Below are positions 11,201 through 20,169 of a stretch of 64,000 nt of DNA, one piece after another. Position numbers and translations under genes: made by a program. Each line of letters starts with the position of its first letter. The stretch's first letter is position 1. Source of the DNA: Candidatus Latescibacterota bacterium (GTDB lineage Bacteria > Latescibacterota > UBA2968 > GCA-2709665); contig OZ244744.1 in the NCBI GenBank assembly GCA_965219455.1, positions 1,984,001 to 2,048,000 on the forward strand. The letters run 5' to 3'. Below the pieces are notes generated by a model. The model saw nothing but the letters and a program-made list of their open reading frames with translations, was not told the origin of the DNA and ran no database searches.

Positions 11201-11949
11201 AGCCACCAGACGTGAAAGTGCGCCATCACCCCGTGCTCACCCATCCTCAGATGCGCGTCCGCGATTTCACGAACGGCCGCGGCATACGCGTCGTGCCCGG
11301 TCCGGTGATACATCAACCCGTACGCGCCCGCCTCCGAAATCAGCTCAAAGCCCGCGCCTGATTCGGAAGCGTGCGGTGCGGTGGCACGCGCGATGAAGTC
11401 CTCCCGCCGCTCCTGCAACCACCCCTCCGGCGGACAGCCGAAAGCGTCGAACCCGGAACCGAGCCTGATGTCCATCAACCATCCCACTCTGAGCGTCTTT
11501 TCATCGGGCACTAACCCCAAAAAACGCGACGTCACACGCTCCAGCCCGTCGGCGTCGCTGGCCCCGAGCAGTACCACGTTCTTTCCGTTCCCCAGTGGAT
11601 TGTGCAGGGTCCGTAGCGCGTACCCGCCCCTGCCGGGATAACAGCGGTCTTCCACCGCCCACCACTGGTAATACAGCCACCGGATAAAGGCGTTGTCAGC
11701 CATATTTCCCAGCGCCACGACGTGCCCCTCCAGCAGCATCCCGGCCGCCGCCTCTCCCGCCCGGACCACCTCCAGCCGCGCGCCCGTCGCCGCCTCGATC
11801 CGCTCGACGATCCGTCCCGCCAACCGCTCGTGCGCTCCATCCCCGCCGATGACGATCTTCGCCTGGGGCTCGCCGTTGACCACCAGTACCGTCTCCAGAC
11901 ACATGTCTTTCAACACACCCACCTTCAGGCCCACCGATCGGTTCTTCAC
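8212..11949 (-). CDS. Large heparinase II/III-like lyase-fold protein with C-terminal PQQ/FG-GAP beta-propeller
   Basis: RQNHQT, EDANAYQW, PAFGD, HSHEDGN, HNGVT; DINGDG/DVDGDG repeats; GTG 11949 follows GAGGAGG. Confidence 0.72.
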   Translation of the reverse strand: MKNRSVGLKVGVLKDMCLETVLVVNGEPQAKIVIGGDGAHERLAGRIVERIEAATGARLEVVRAGEAAAGMLLEGHVVALGNMADNAFIRWLYYQWWAVEDRCYPGRGGYALRTLHNPLGNGKNVVLLGASDADGLERVTSRFLGLVPDEKTLRVGWLMDIRLGSGFDAFGCPPEGWLQERREDFIARATAPHASESGAGFELISEAGAYGLMYHRTGHDAYAAAVREIADAHLRMGEHGVMAHFHVWWLAVVWDLIEESPVFSDEDRLKITQYLLWIMDSTEGAYTQFFRQGVGHRMIRQNHQTLVALAAWFGGRYFSTHYGFEDAKEWMDASADVFKGQAVSFKPIEDANAYQWMTLDHILTYSLASGDTTYIDNGNCKRSLDQAVLYCNNRGALPAFGDTGAPMEGYPTSFLVKAGHVLQDGRAAFLLGKRFDRPSDYFRPQPPGERYESVNDPLLVRSFEKYFCDGLAPEVPDGMAGVQVLEVAGGFYDFAEDPQAREREVKPLNLQREDAFDTVCFREGFGREDQYLMLHGIFYGNHSHEDGNTIPEFSANDRIFLVDASYTEGPTLKHHNGVTAVRDGEAWEVPALCRLEGVADLGHVGMSRTSVTGDWGALWVRNVVWRRGRYFVVVDEVEATKGGAFALQCHWRTLGTPALNDGTLEVVQKEPDSGREDRFVLQSVGGGRLSLERDWENFGHWWDAYPYADDYVNILRESANREMAVGDRHTFINLFYASNAHKPVDDRMRRVGDSAVVVEGSEGRMVVGTGSGTGAFEVGPLSGRAGIFAAGDGWFALCNGTLLCAPGGIFESELPVSIEFDLESGDGVVVAPEPAEITLCGERLRVAAGRQKVKTQGLGAGALSLDRVADLRGWDASPPARAQASSVPGLRRIWTYDAGSGVRCAAAGADGVVLGTEDGRVAALDENGKPAWSFQAEGSVLSVCAVELDGRRCVIAGADDRRLYLLEEGGGVRWSHAFEIYRGTWDRYARNSAVEFVTAADLRGDGRTDILAAVSDRKLHCFDEDGNERWSFMIYGIFAPLRVADINGDGRQEVIGGPGRITCGGSCYVLDADGGHYASDGLDGWASMMPACDVWVQGADHLIVCGTNRSNVYALRLAGGRLETLWKQRVGEEVNAVCTVDVDGDGRPEVVVGSDCFYLYLLDEHGTERWRRNLGAPVLQVMVGDLNGGAKIVAGCDDGTVWVLDGEGTPIASHRAGGAVHVLAADGRGHLILGGSDGTLSVLGV

Positions 11950-12135
11950 GGCCGCCTCCTCGTTAAAAACAGCCTCCAGGAATTGTTTCGCCAACACGGG
12001 TCACAGACACCTGCCCGACGGTCCCGCAATACAAACGTGTGCTCCCCCTTCCTTCGGCGGAGCCAGCCTTCACAGGGCGTCCGGCCGGCTGCAGACTTAT
12101 GGCAGGCGATGTCGTCCTGTGGACCATCCATCAAT

Positions 12136-14490
12136 TTAACGCGATTCACCAGGTCCCGTTACGATGCCCTCATCCCGAAGTTCGTACCCCCGGCCCTGCA
12201 CGACCAGCAGAGCCAGCCCGTTCGAGTGAAGGCCGTCATACGCCACGCCATCTCGACCGCCCACCAGCACAAGGTCCTCCCCGATCCGCGCGACTTCCGT
12301 TTCACCCGATCGCTCGGTCTGCACCTTCGCGCGGTCAAGAGACCCATGCCCCGGGCACAACACAACCCCCAGGTTCCGGCGGCTTACCAGACCGGAGGGG
12401 GTAAACCTCAGATGGTACTGCTGGTGCCACTGTGATTCGTTCTTGCCCGTACGCATGGGCGGGGGGTCCCACCCCTCGCTCAGGGAGAAGAACGCGTTGT
12501 TGTGGTACATGAAATGCGCTTCGAGTGAACTCCCCTCCCGCTCCAGCAGGAAGGTTCTTTCCTGCTCGTCCACCGCGAAACGATTCCAGGAGTGGATATT
12601 CCACTGGAGCGCCGAATCAATGCCCGGAACCGCGGCAAACTCGTCGATCATCACAAAACAGCTCTGCGCCCTCAGGAAGAATACGTGCCGCCGGCACCGT
12701 TCCGCGCGGTCGCTGTAGCTGGCATCCGCGTTTCCGGCAAAGTAGACAAGCCGTTCGTCCTCGTATGGATTCTCGATGCTTCCCAGTGAATCGTGCGATC
12801 GCATGATCTGCGACGCGTCCGAAAGCGTGACGCAGTTGTGCGACTTCGTGTGCCATACCCAATGCGTGTGATGATCCGAACCGTACCCAATGTAATAACC
12901 GCTGGGCATCGCCATTACCTTGCCACCGGCGTGCAGAATGAAGTCGTTGTTGTTCGCGTGGGAATGGCTGATGGCGCCGAGCGGAGAAGAGCGAAAGATC
13001 AGCGCAACATCCCGTGCGGCATCGTTCAGGTTCGTCCGGACCGCGGCCCATCCGGCGGCCGGGAACACACGCAGGATCGATCCGTCCGCGTCCGAAGGCG
13101 GCCGCTTCTTTTCGGGCTCGGCCAGATAGAGTTGCGACAGAACACCAGAGCTTCTCCGTTCCGCCGGCGTTTGCATTTCCTCCGCCTCGGCCCGGAACGC
13201 CTTCACGTATTCCGTGAACTCATCCGTTCCCGTCTCCCGTCCGATCAGATCCACCAGATCCGCATTTGATCTCCAGGTGCCCGCCCACCGCTCCGTATGG
13301 TCGCCGAATCCCATCCACTCCGCGTAGGGCGGCAGACAGTACTGGCGCCACCGGGCGTGGCTCTTCCAGAAGGGACGCCGGTAGAGATCCACCCCCATAC
13401 CGCGCTTCAGCGTCGTGGCGAACATGGACATGATCGTCACGTAAGCCAAACCGTACGAGGGTCCTTCCGCCCATGCACCGTCGTCACCCGACCAGATCGG
13501 CCAGATGCCGCACAGCACCGGCCTCAGCCACTCCAGCCAGGACTGCGCTTCGGGAATGTGATCGTGAAACACCAGCGCAATGTGCGCCAGGAACACAATC
13601 TCACGACCGGCGTGCGAGTCGAAGCGCGTTACCCCGTAGGATCCCCTGTTGTGCATATGGTCGAACGTAATCTGTCCCCGCTGCCGGAATTGTTCCACGA
13701 CGGCGTCGCGTTCCTTGTCGGCAAAACGGTCCCACACCCAGTCGCACGCGTTCGAACCGTTCCAGATCACCGACATGTGGGCTTCGTCGTTGTGGGCAAG
13801 GTGGCTGGACCCCTCCGGGTCCCAACGGGATATGGACGCCAACCTCCGGCACGCGGCGCGGGCATATCGATCCTCCCCGCCCACGAGATAGGCCAACGCC
13901 AGGGTCTCGGCGCCTTTGACAAACCGCCGTGAGTTCCACATCACCGGCGCCCAGGTCTCGTGGTATGCCTGATAGTTCTCGCTTCGGTCCGGGAGAAAGG
14001 GCGGCTCGTCGATCTCGTGCGGCTCGCCGAGCACGGCCTCGGCGTGCCTCCGCAGACCTTCCCACGCGGAAGCCCGCTCGCGGTGCGCCGCCGCACGCAG
14101 CGCCGGCACCTCGTCCGGGCGGAGGTAGACGCGCGGGTGGTCCGCCGGGAATCGCTTCAGCCACTCGCTTGCCGGCGGCACCTCCACCACAGCGGCCTCG
14201 CGCCCGATTTCAAATGCGAAGACCTCGGACGTTGCGGCGGGCGCCGCGGACCACCGCCAGAAATACCTCCCGGGCTCAAATGCCGTTTCAGGAAGGAATA
14301 GGGGATCCTGCAAACCCCCCTTGTCCAGGCAGATGTTCTCAAAGCTCGAATCTCGCGCCACCTGCAGGCGATAGCCCGATGCCGAGTCCACGGGCAGCCA
14401 CGCAAAAACGGGGGGGTTGGTCCCCGGCCTGCCGTCTGCCCTGGGCTGGCGCGGATCTCTGTGCGGGTGCGGATGTCTGTGCTCTTTCAT
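12136..14490 (-). CDS. DUF4962/heparinase II/III family lyase-fold protein
   Basis: TNPPVFAW N-terminus, HPRVY, DGAWAEGPSY, GFGD, SHSHANNNDF, SHNCVT. Confidence 0.85.
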   Translation of the reverse strand: MKEHRHPHPHRDPRQPRADGRPGTNPPVFAWLPVDSASGYRLQVARDSSFENICLDKGGLQDPLFLPETAFEPGRYFWRWSAAPAATSEVFAFEIGREAAVVEVPPASEWLKRFPADHPRVYLRPDEVPALRAAAHRERASAWEGLRRHAEAVLGEPHEIDEPPFLPDRSENYQAYHETWAPVMWNSRRFVKGAETLALAYLVGGEDRYARAACRRLASISRWDPEGSSHLAHNDEAHMSVIWNGSNACDWVWDRFADKERDAVVEQFRQRGQITFDHMHNRGSYGVTRFDSHAGREIVFLAHIALVFHDHIPEAQSWLEWLRPVLCGIWPIWSGDDGAWAEGPSYGLAYVTIMSMFATTLKRGMGVDLYRRPFWKSHARWRQYCLPPYAEWMGFGDHTERWAGTWRSNADLVDLIGRETGTDEFTEYVKAFRAEAEEMQTPAERRSSGVLSQLYLAEPEKKRPPSDADGSILRVFPAAGWAAVRTNLNDAARDVALIFRSSPLGAISHSHANNNDFILHAGGKVMAMPSGYYIGYGSDHHTHWVWHTKSHNCVTLSDASQIMRSHDSLGSIENPYEDERLVYFAGNADASYSDRAERCRRHVFFLRAQSCFVMIDEFAAVPGIDSALQWNIHSWNRFAVDEQERTFLLEREGSSLEAHFMYHNNAFFSLSEGWDPPPMRTGKNESQWHQQYHLRFTPSGLVSRRNLGVVLCPGHGSLDRAKVQTERSGETEVARIGEDLVLVGGRDGVAYDGLHSNGLALLVVQGRGYELRDEGIVTGPGESR

Positions 14491-14552
14491 GGCGTTACCT
14501 CGCGATGATTTCAGTGATGCTGGTTAGAAAACCCGTTTCCAGTACGGCCGCC

Positions 14553-15533
14553 TCAGACCCTTGCAAGCGACGCCACCTGCTCCGGCCGCCCACTCTCGAT
14601 GCTCCGCCCTGCCTGGATCATCATCAGTGTGGCCATCAGCCCGTCCACGTGGTCCGCGGCCATGGGTGCGCCGGTTCGAAGCGCCTCGACAAACAGCCGG
14701 TTCTCCTCGACGAATCCACCCTCTTCACCGCGGTACACCACCGGCTCCTTCCCGGTTTCCGTATACGTCAGCGTACAGAACCGGTCGGTAAGTAGAACGG
14801 AACGATTTTCGGAGAAAATCTCCATGAAAAGCTTGCTGGTTAACGCCGGCCGGTTGGCATCTCCCTGGATCCAGCAACCGGCTGCGCCATTTTCAAACCT
14901 GAACGTGGCCGTCAGATTGTCCAGCCTCCCGTTTTGCTGATAATAATTCCCGCCTGCCGCGTAGACCTCCAACGGATCGGACCCGGCCACGTATCGCAGG
15001 ATATCGCACGAATGGCATCCCTGGCTATAAACGTTGCCTCCTCCCAGGATGGGATCGTTTGCCCAGGTATCCCCCCATCGGTTGTCCATCATCTGCATCA
15101 CCACCAGCAACGGCTCGGGGATCAGTTCCCGGGCCTTTTGTACCATCGGATAGTACCGCATCTTGAAGGCCGTAAAAAGCTGAATCGCCTCTCGCTCAAC
15201 CGCAACGCCGATCCTCCGGCAGTCTTCAACGGTCAGCGCGAGGGGCTTTTCCACCAGAATGTGCTTTCCGGCTTCCGCCGCCCGGATACAATAGTCGGCA
15301 TGGGTGTCGTGGTGCGTGCAGATATAGACGGTATCCAGTGAATCATCGGAAAGGATGCGGCCGGCATCGGCGGTGGCGTAGTCCCCGCCATGGCGCGTAC
15401 ATAGGGTGCGCGCCTTCTCTTCAACCACGTCGCAGAACGCCAGCATTCGTATGCCGTCCAGCCCGGCCACCGCCTCGCTATGCACACCCCCGATCGCTCC
15501 GCATCCGATCAGTCCCGCGCGAAGTTCCGACAT
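14553..15533 (-). CDS. Gfo/Idh/MocA family oxidoreductase
   Basis: GLIGCGAIG Rossmann motif, GKHILVEKP. Confidence 0.9.
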   Translation of the reverse strand: MSELRAGLIGCGAIGGVHSEAVAGLDGIRMLAFCDVVEEKARTLCTRHGGDYATADAGRILSDDSLDTVYICTHHDTHADYCIRAAEAGKHILVEKPLALTVEDCRRIGVAVEREAIQLFTAFKMRYYPMVQKARELIPEPLLVVMQMMDNRWGDTWANDPILGGGNVYSQGCHSCDILRYVAGSDPLEVYAAGGNYYQQNGRLDNLTATFRFENGAAGCWIQGDANRPALTSKLFMEIFSENRSVLLTDRFCTLTYTETGKEPVVYRGEEGGFVEENRLFVEALRTGAPMAADHVDGLMATLMMIQAGRSIESGRPEQVASLARV

Positions 15534-15645
15534 TTTCCGGCTCCTCCCTGATGTCTACATGGGTTTCCACATGTGTCTTGTCCGAAAGCCCGTTCTCCAC
15601 GCGCCAGGGACGCTTCTTCTGCGACGGAACGGTGCGCAGATACAA

Positions 15646-15671
15646 GTAGGGCGCAGCGTGCTGCGCCCTAC
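15646..15671. repeat. GTAG-type REP-like palindrome
   Basis: GTAGGGCGCAGC-GT-GCTGCGCCCTAC, a perfect 12-bp intergenic stem. Confidence 0.7.
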
Positions 15672-15737
15672 TTTCGTCCCTCCCGCCACGGGTGGCGCGT
15701 GATTGACGTTTCCGCCTTATCAACGGACTGTTATGAA

Positions 15738-18209
15738 TCAGATCCCGTAGCGGAACTGAATCTCGCGGGTGTCGCTTTTGCCGCTGACCCTGTCCTTGAT
15801 CCTTACCTCCAGGACCTGCACGCCCGGTTTGGCTTTGGCCAGGTCGATTTCAAAGTACTGCTGTTCGGTGGTGGCCGTTCCGGCGTGTTCGTACGACACC
15901 GACACCTGCGTCTTTCTGCGCTTGAAGAGCGAGGTGATGGCACCCGCCACGCCTTCCGACCGCCCGACGACGTTTCGGACAACATACTTCACCTCGTAGT
16001 CTGTTTGTCCGAAACGGTTCTTTTTCAGGTTGTAGATCTCGTAGTAGGCATACACCTTCTGTGCCTTCCTGTAATTCCTCGTGGGCATCGGTACAACCCG
16101 GATATCGCCCCTGCTGAACTTGCCGGCTGAATCCGCGTCACCGATTTCCGAAGCCAGCAGGATATCGCTGATCTTGAGCTTTTCGACGTTGTAGTCCGGG
16201 ACGTGGACAGCCTGCTTGTATAGCCCGGTATGTCCGGAGGCCAGGTCCTTGATCTGCACCTGGAGTTCGTATTTCCCCGGCGGAACGCGGGTCCTTAGCA
16301 TTTCGGGCAGAAACGCGCCTCTGACCCGGTCGAAGTCCGCCCGCCCCTCGTAGTAAAACTCCCGCGTATCCCGATAAATCGTCGTGTGTGCCGCATCCGC
16401 CAGGGCCATTGCGCACTGCACGCTGACCTGCGCTGAATCGGCCTGCTCGGCAATCCGGACCTGTTCCGGTGGAATGCCGTAGTAGACTTCTACGCTGGTT
16501 TGCCCATCGGAACCCTGGAAGTTGGCCAGGTCGTAATAAAAGTTCAACGCGGGTCCGTGGATTCCCGGCCTGTAATAGTCGGGGGTCTCGTGCGCGGCGT
16601 TCTGGTAGATGATCTCGGGTGCGTATTTGACCAGGCGGGTGATGTTGACAAGCTGGTTATTGAGAGCGGTGACCGGGGGAATCGGGGCGAAATTGAACTG
16701 CCCGCTCTTGTTTTCATCGGTAAACACGATCTCGATACCCCCCTGGATCTGCGTGTAGATCCAGGTTTCCCAGGGAACGGTGGCCATGTCGGTGTGGATC
16801 GTTACCGGTATGTAGTCGCCGAATTTGATCCGGGCGATCTGATTTCCGAATTCTTCGAACCGGGCTCCGTCCTGGTCATCGTAATCGCTCCGCGTGAGCG
16901 GCGCGGTCAGCGGGGTTCCTTCAAGGTCGCGTTCCTGGAACTCCTCTTCATCCGCGGCATCGGTATTGGAGGTGAAGCCGTCCTCCAGAAAACTGGCGTC
17001 GCGCTGATCGGCGCTACCGAAACCGTGGAGGTTGTCCTGGGTGCGCTGAGTAATCGGATGGCGAAACGCCCGGATCGGGAACACCGGGCCCGTAAACGTC
17101 ATAAAGGAAGCCTCGGCCCCGTAGAGACTGGCCGCCATGCGCATGCGGACCGCTTCCACGTCGGGGGTGAGGGTCAGGTCGCGATCGTAGGACCGCGACC
17201 GGTAGTCCGGCTTGCCGTAACGGATGTAGACTTCCCCCCGCTTGTCCCAGGGCGAAACCTTATCGGCAAAAAAGGTGCGGGCATACCAGACGCGCCGGAA
17301 ATGCTCGATGATGCGTTCGTTGACGCGGGTCATCACATCGGGGTCTCGCCGCAGCCAGAACCGCTCCTGGTAAGCCTTTCGCTGAGTCGTGTCCGGCAAC
17401 GCCTGATATTCCCGAAGTTCCTCCACGGAAGCCACGTACGCAATATCGGTGTACAATTCGCGCTCGCCCGGCTCGACAGTGTTCAGGAAGCGTTCGAAAT
17501 TGTCGAGCGCCTCATTGTATTTTTCCTCATAGAATAGGCCCTGTGCGACGATGGGCAGCAGCCGGTCCTCCTCGTCAAGCGCCGCCATATGTGGAGCAAT
17601 GTGAACGGAGATCTTGTCGTAGGCCGCGGACTGTATACATGCCAGGCCGAAATAATAGAGGCCGTCCGGATCGTCCGGCTCCATCTCCAGGTAGGTTTCG
17701 AAATATCCGAGAGCCTTCTCGTGGTCCTCCTTGAAACGCTCATGCGCCTCTCCCAACGCCCGGTAGGCCGCCGCCTGGTTGGGATCCAGCTCGATGGCCT
17801 TTTTTGCGGCGCCAATCGCCCGGCGGAAGTTGTGAAGGGCGCTGATCCCCTTTGCAGGCATCTCGGCGTACACAAGTGCAATGCCTGCGTGGGCCGCTGC
17901 ATTCTCTTCATCCAGTTTGAGCGCCCCGTCAAATGACTTCTTCGCCGCCTTGAAGTCGCCAACCTTGAGATTCACTCGTCCCAGAGCGGTGAGTATATGC
18001 GCATCCTCGGGAAAGGACTCGGCAAGCCGCGAGAAGGTGTCCAGTGCCTCGCCGATGCGGCGGTTATCCATCTGCCGTTCGCCAACGGCGAGTATGGAAT
18101 CCCTCATCGAAGTCGTGCCCGCTGCCGCAGATACGCTCAATCCCACCAACAGAACAGCAGTAGAGAAATGCTGAATAAGGACAGGCTGGAATCGATGTCC
18201 GGTGTCCAT
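15738..18209 (-). CDS. TPR + GWxTD-domain protein
   Basis: Signal peptide, TPR repeats, FWLRRDP..NERIIEHFRRVWYA, WDKRGEVYIRYGKPD, ETWIY, C-terminal beta domains. Confidence 0.8.
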   Translation of the reverse strand: MDTGHRFQPVLIQHFSTAVLLVGLSVSAAAGTTSMRDSILAVGERQMDNRRIGEALDTFSRLAESFPEDAHILTALGRVNLKVGDFKAAKKSFDGALKLDEENAAAHAGIALVYAEMPAKGISALHNFRRAIGAAKKAIELDPNQAAAYRALGEAHERFKEDHEKALGYFETYLEMEPDDPDGLYYFGLACIQSAAYDKISVHIAPHMAALDEEDRLLPIVAQGLFYEEKYNEALDNFERFLNTVEPGERELYTDIAYVASVEELREYQALPDTTQRKAYQERFWLRRDPDVMTRVNERIIEHFRRVWYARTFFADKVSPWDKRGEVYIRYGKPDYRSRSYDRDLTLTPDVEAVRMRMAASLYGAEASFMTFTGPVFPIRAFRHPITQRTQDNLHGFGSADQRDASFLEDGFTSNTDAADEEEFQERDLEGTPLTAPLTRSDYDDQDGARFEEFGNQIARIKFGDYIPVTIHTDMATVPWETWIYTQIQGGIEIVFTDENKSGQFNFAPIPPVTALNNQLVNITRLVKYAPEIIYQNAAHETPDYYRPGIHGPALNFYYDLANFQGSDGQTSVEVYYGIPPEQVRIAEQADSAQVSVQCAMALADAAHTTIYRDTREFYYEGRADFDRVRGAFLPEMLRTRVPPGKYELQVQIKDLASGHTGLYKQAVHVPDYNVEKLKISDILLASEIGDADSAGKFSRGDIRVVPMPTRNYRKAQKVYAYYEIYNLKKNRFGQTDYEVKYVVRNVVGRSEGVAGAITSLFKRRKTQVSVSYEHAGTATTEQQYFEIDLAKAKPGVQVLEVRIKDRVSGKSDTREIQFRYGI

Positions 18210-18220
18210 GTCGCGCCCCC

Positions 18221-18421
18221 TGGTGTTCTGTCCCGGAAATAAATCGCCTAAATTCGGCCGATCAGAAGCAGCAAAAACAGCTATCAGCTCTCAGCCGTCA
18301 GCTTGAACCAAAAACCCAATCAGTTGACATCAGCGCCGTGAAGAGACGGGACCAGAACGGGCGTAGCGAAACGGGATGAATCGGCGGATGAATGGTAACA
18401 TATTTCTGGGACGGGACACTA
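18221..18421 (-). mobile_element. MITE-like element, copy A
   Basis: Imperfect terminal inverted repeats GTGTTCTGTCCCGGAAATA ... TATTTCTGGGACGGGACAC; both ends match copy B at 55890-56055 in reverse orientation. Confidence 0.7.
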
Positions 18422-18435
18422 TTTGTTGAGATCCC

Positions 18436-20169
18436 TCAATCCGCCGCCGATATACCCGTCAGAGGCGTTGTGGCAACAATTCCCCTTCCCTCCCGAACGG
18501 TCACCGTCTGCCCGGCTTCAACGTTGTTGATCCGTTCTATCCGGCCGGAGGGCCAGACCACCTCCATTGCATCGACAATCCCGGCCTGGCCCAATCCGAA
18601 TGTCAATATCAGCTCACTCTGCGAACAATAGCTCGATCCCGCCCGGACGGAGCGACTCTGCACCGCCGTCCCCGACCGCACGCGCACCGTCGCGCCGACC
18701 CCGTCCCTGTTGGACCCTACCGGTTCCTCCCGGCCTTGCCCGGTCCCCAAGCCGGCCTGCGTGCCGTTTCCTACCAGCTTCACCCTCAGACAACGGTTCC
18801 TGTTGCCTCCGTCGTTGCGAAAAAGCGCGGGACGGCCGTTGTTGGTGGCAACCAGCACGTCCAGGTCGCCGTCGCCGTCGTAGTCCGCGTATGCGGCTCC
18901 GCGCCCCACCACGGGATCCGCCAGATCGCCGCTCGTCGCGCCCACTTCCGCGAGGCTGCCGTCGCCCGTGTTCCGGTACAGCAGAGGGCGCTGGGCATAG
19001 CTGAGGTGGGATTTCACCTGGTTGATCCGGCTGTCCACATGTCCGTTTGCCGCGAAAAGATCCAGGTGGCCGTCCAGATCAAAGTCGAAAAAGAATACGC
19101 CAAAGGTGACGAACGGCGCACTCGGGTGCCCCACGCCGGAAGGCAGGGTCCAATCTGTGAAGTAAGCGCCGGCCTGGTTCTGAAACAGCGAAATCATCTC
19201 GAAGGCGAAATTCCCGATGGCCACGTCCTCCCTGCCGGCATTGCGGAGGTCTCCGGCGTCCACGCCCATGCCCGACTTCGCCTCTCCAGCGGCGCTGAAC
19301 GCCACGCCCGCCAGAAGCCCATCCTCCGTAAACGTGCCATCCCCGTTGTTGCGGTAAAGATAATCCGGCATGGTGTCGTTGGACACAAGGATGTCAGGCC
19401 ATCCGTCCCCATTGTAATCCAGAGCGACCGCGGACATGCCCTTTCCAGGTTTTCCGCCGATTCCGGATGCTTCCGTGGCGTCCGAAAACCGGTCTCCGTC
19501 GTTCCGGAAAAGGCGCGAGTAAACGGGATCGTACAGCTGAGGCGCGTAGGATCGCGCGTTGGAACGCGCAGACAGCCAGTCGTCCCGTTCCGCGGTCCAC
19601 TGCACGTAGTTTCCCACGAACAGGTCAAGGTCCCGATCCCGGTCGTAGTCCAGCCATACCGCGCACACGCTCCACGTCGAGTCTCCCACCCCCATCTCTG
19701 CCGTGACGTCCTCAAACCGTCCGTTCCCCTGATTCCGGTACAGCCGGTTTGCGCCGAGGCAGGCCACGTACAGGTCCCTGTCTCCGTCGTTGTCATAATC
19801 TCCGGCCGAGCAGCCCATCCCGTACATGGGCTGCTCGAGCCCCGCCTGCGCCGTCACATCCGAAAAGCGCCCCTCTCCATCGTTCCGGTAGAGCGCCATC
19901 GTCGATGGCGGTTCTGATGCGCGCTCGTGCAACGGGGCGCCGTTGATCAGGAGAATATCCGCATCCCCATCGCCGTCATAGTCCCAAAACGCGCACCCGG
20001 ACCCCATCGTTTCCGGCATATACTCCCTGCCGGACCCGCCGTTATCGTGCCTGAACCGGATCCCTGCGGCCTCGGTCACATCCTTGAAGATCACCCCCTG
20101 CGCGAGGCTGTTTCCCTCCATGCACGTCAGGAACACAAAAAAGGTCCATATAATTCCGGAGCGTATCAC
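18436..20169 (-). CDS. CRTAC1 / ASPIC-UnbV family FG-GAP repeat protein
   Basis: FKDVTEAAGI, ETMGSG, many DYDxDGDxD repeats, SNRDGVGA, SYCSQSE..FGLG; GTG overlaps upstream TGA. Confidence 0.9.
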   Translation of the reverse strand: MIRSGIIWTFFVFLTCMEGNSLAQGVIFKDVTEAAGIRFRHDNGGSGREYMPETMGSGCAFWDYDGDGDADILLINGAPLHERASEPPSTMALYRNDGEGRFSDVTAQAGLEQPMYGMGCSAGDYDNDGDRDLYVACLGANRLYRNQGNGRFEDVTAEMGVGDSTWSVCAVWLDYDRDRDLDLFVGNYVQWTAERDDWLSARSNARSYAPQLYDPVYSRLFRNDGDRFSDATEASGIGGKPGKGMSAVALDYNGDGWPDILVSNDTMPDYLYRNNGDGTFTEDGLLAGVAFSAAGEAKSGMGVDAGDLRNAGREDVAIGNFAFEMISLFQNQAGAYFTDWTLPSGVGHPSAPFVTFGVFFFDFDLDGHLDLFAANGHVDSRINQVKSHLSYAQRPLLYRNTGDGSLAEVGATSGDLADPVVGRGAAYADYDGDGDLDVLVATNNGRPALFRNDGGNRNRCLRVKLVGNGTQAGLGTGQGREEPVGSNRDGVGATVRVRSGTAVQSRSVRAGSSYCSQSELILTFGLGQAGIVDAMEVVWPSGRIERINNVEAGQTVTVREGRGIVATTPLTGISAAD

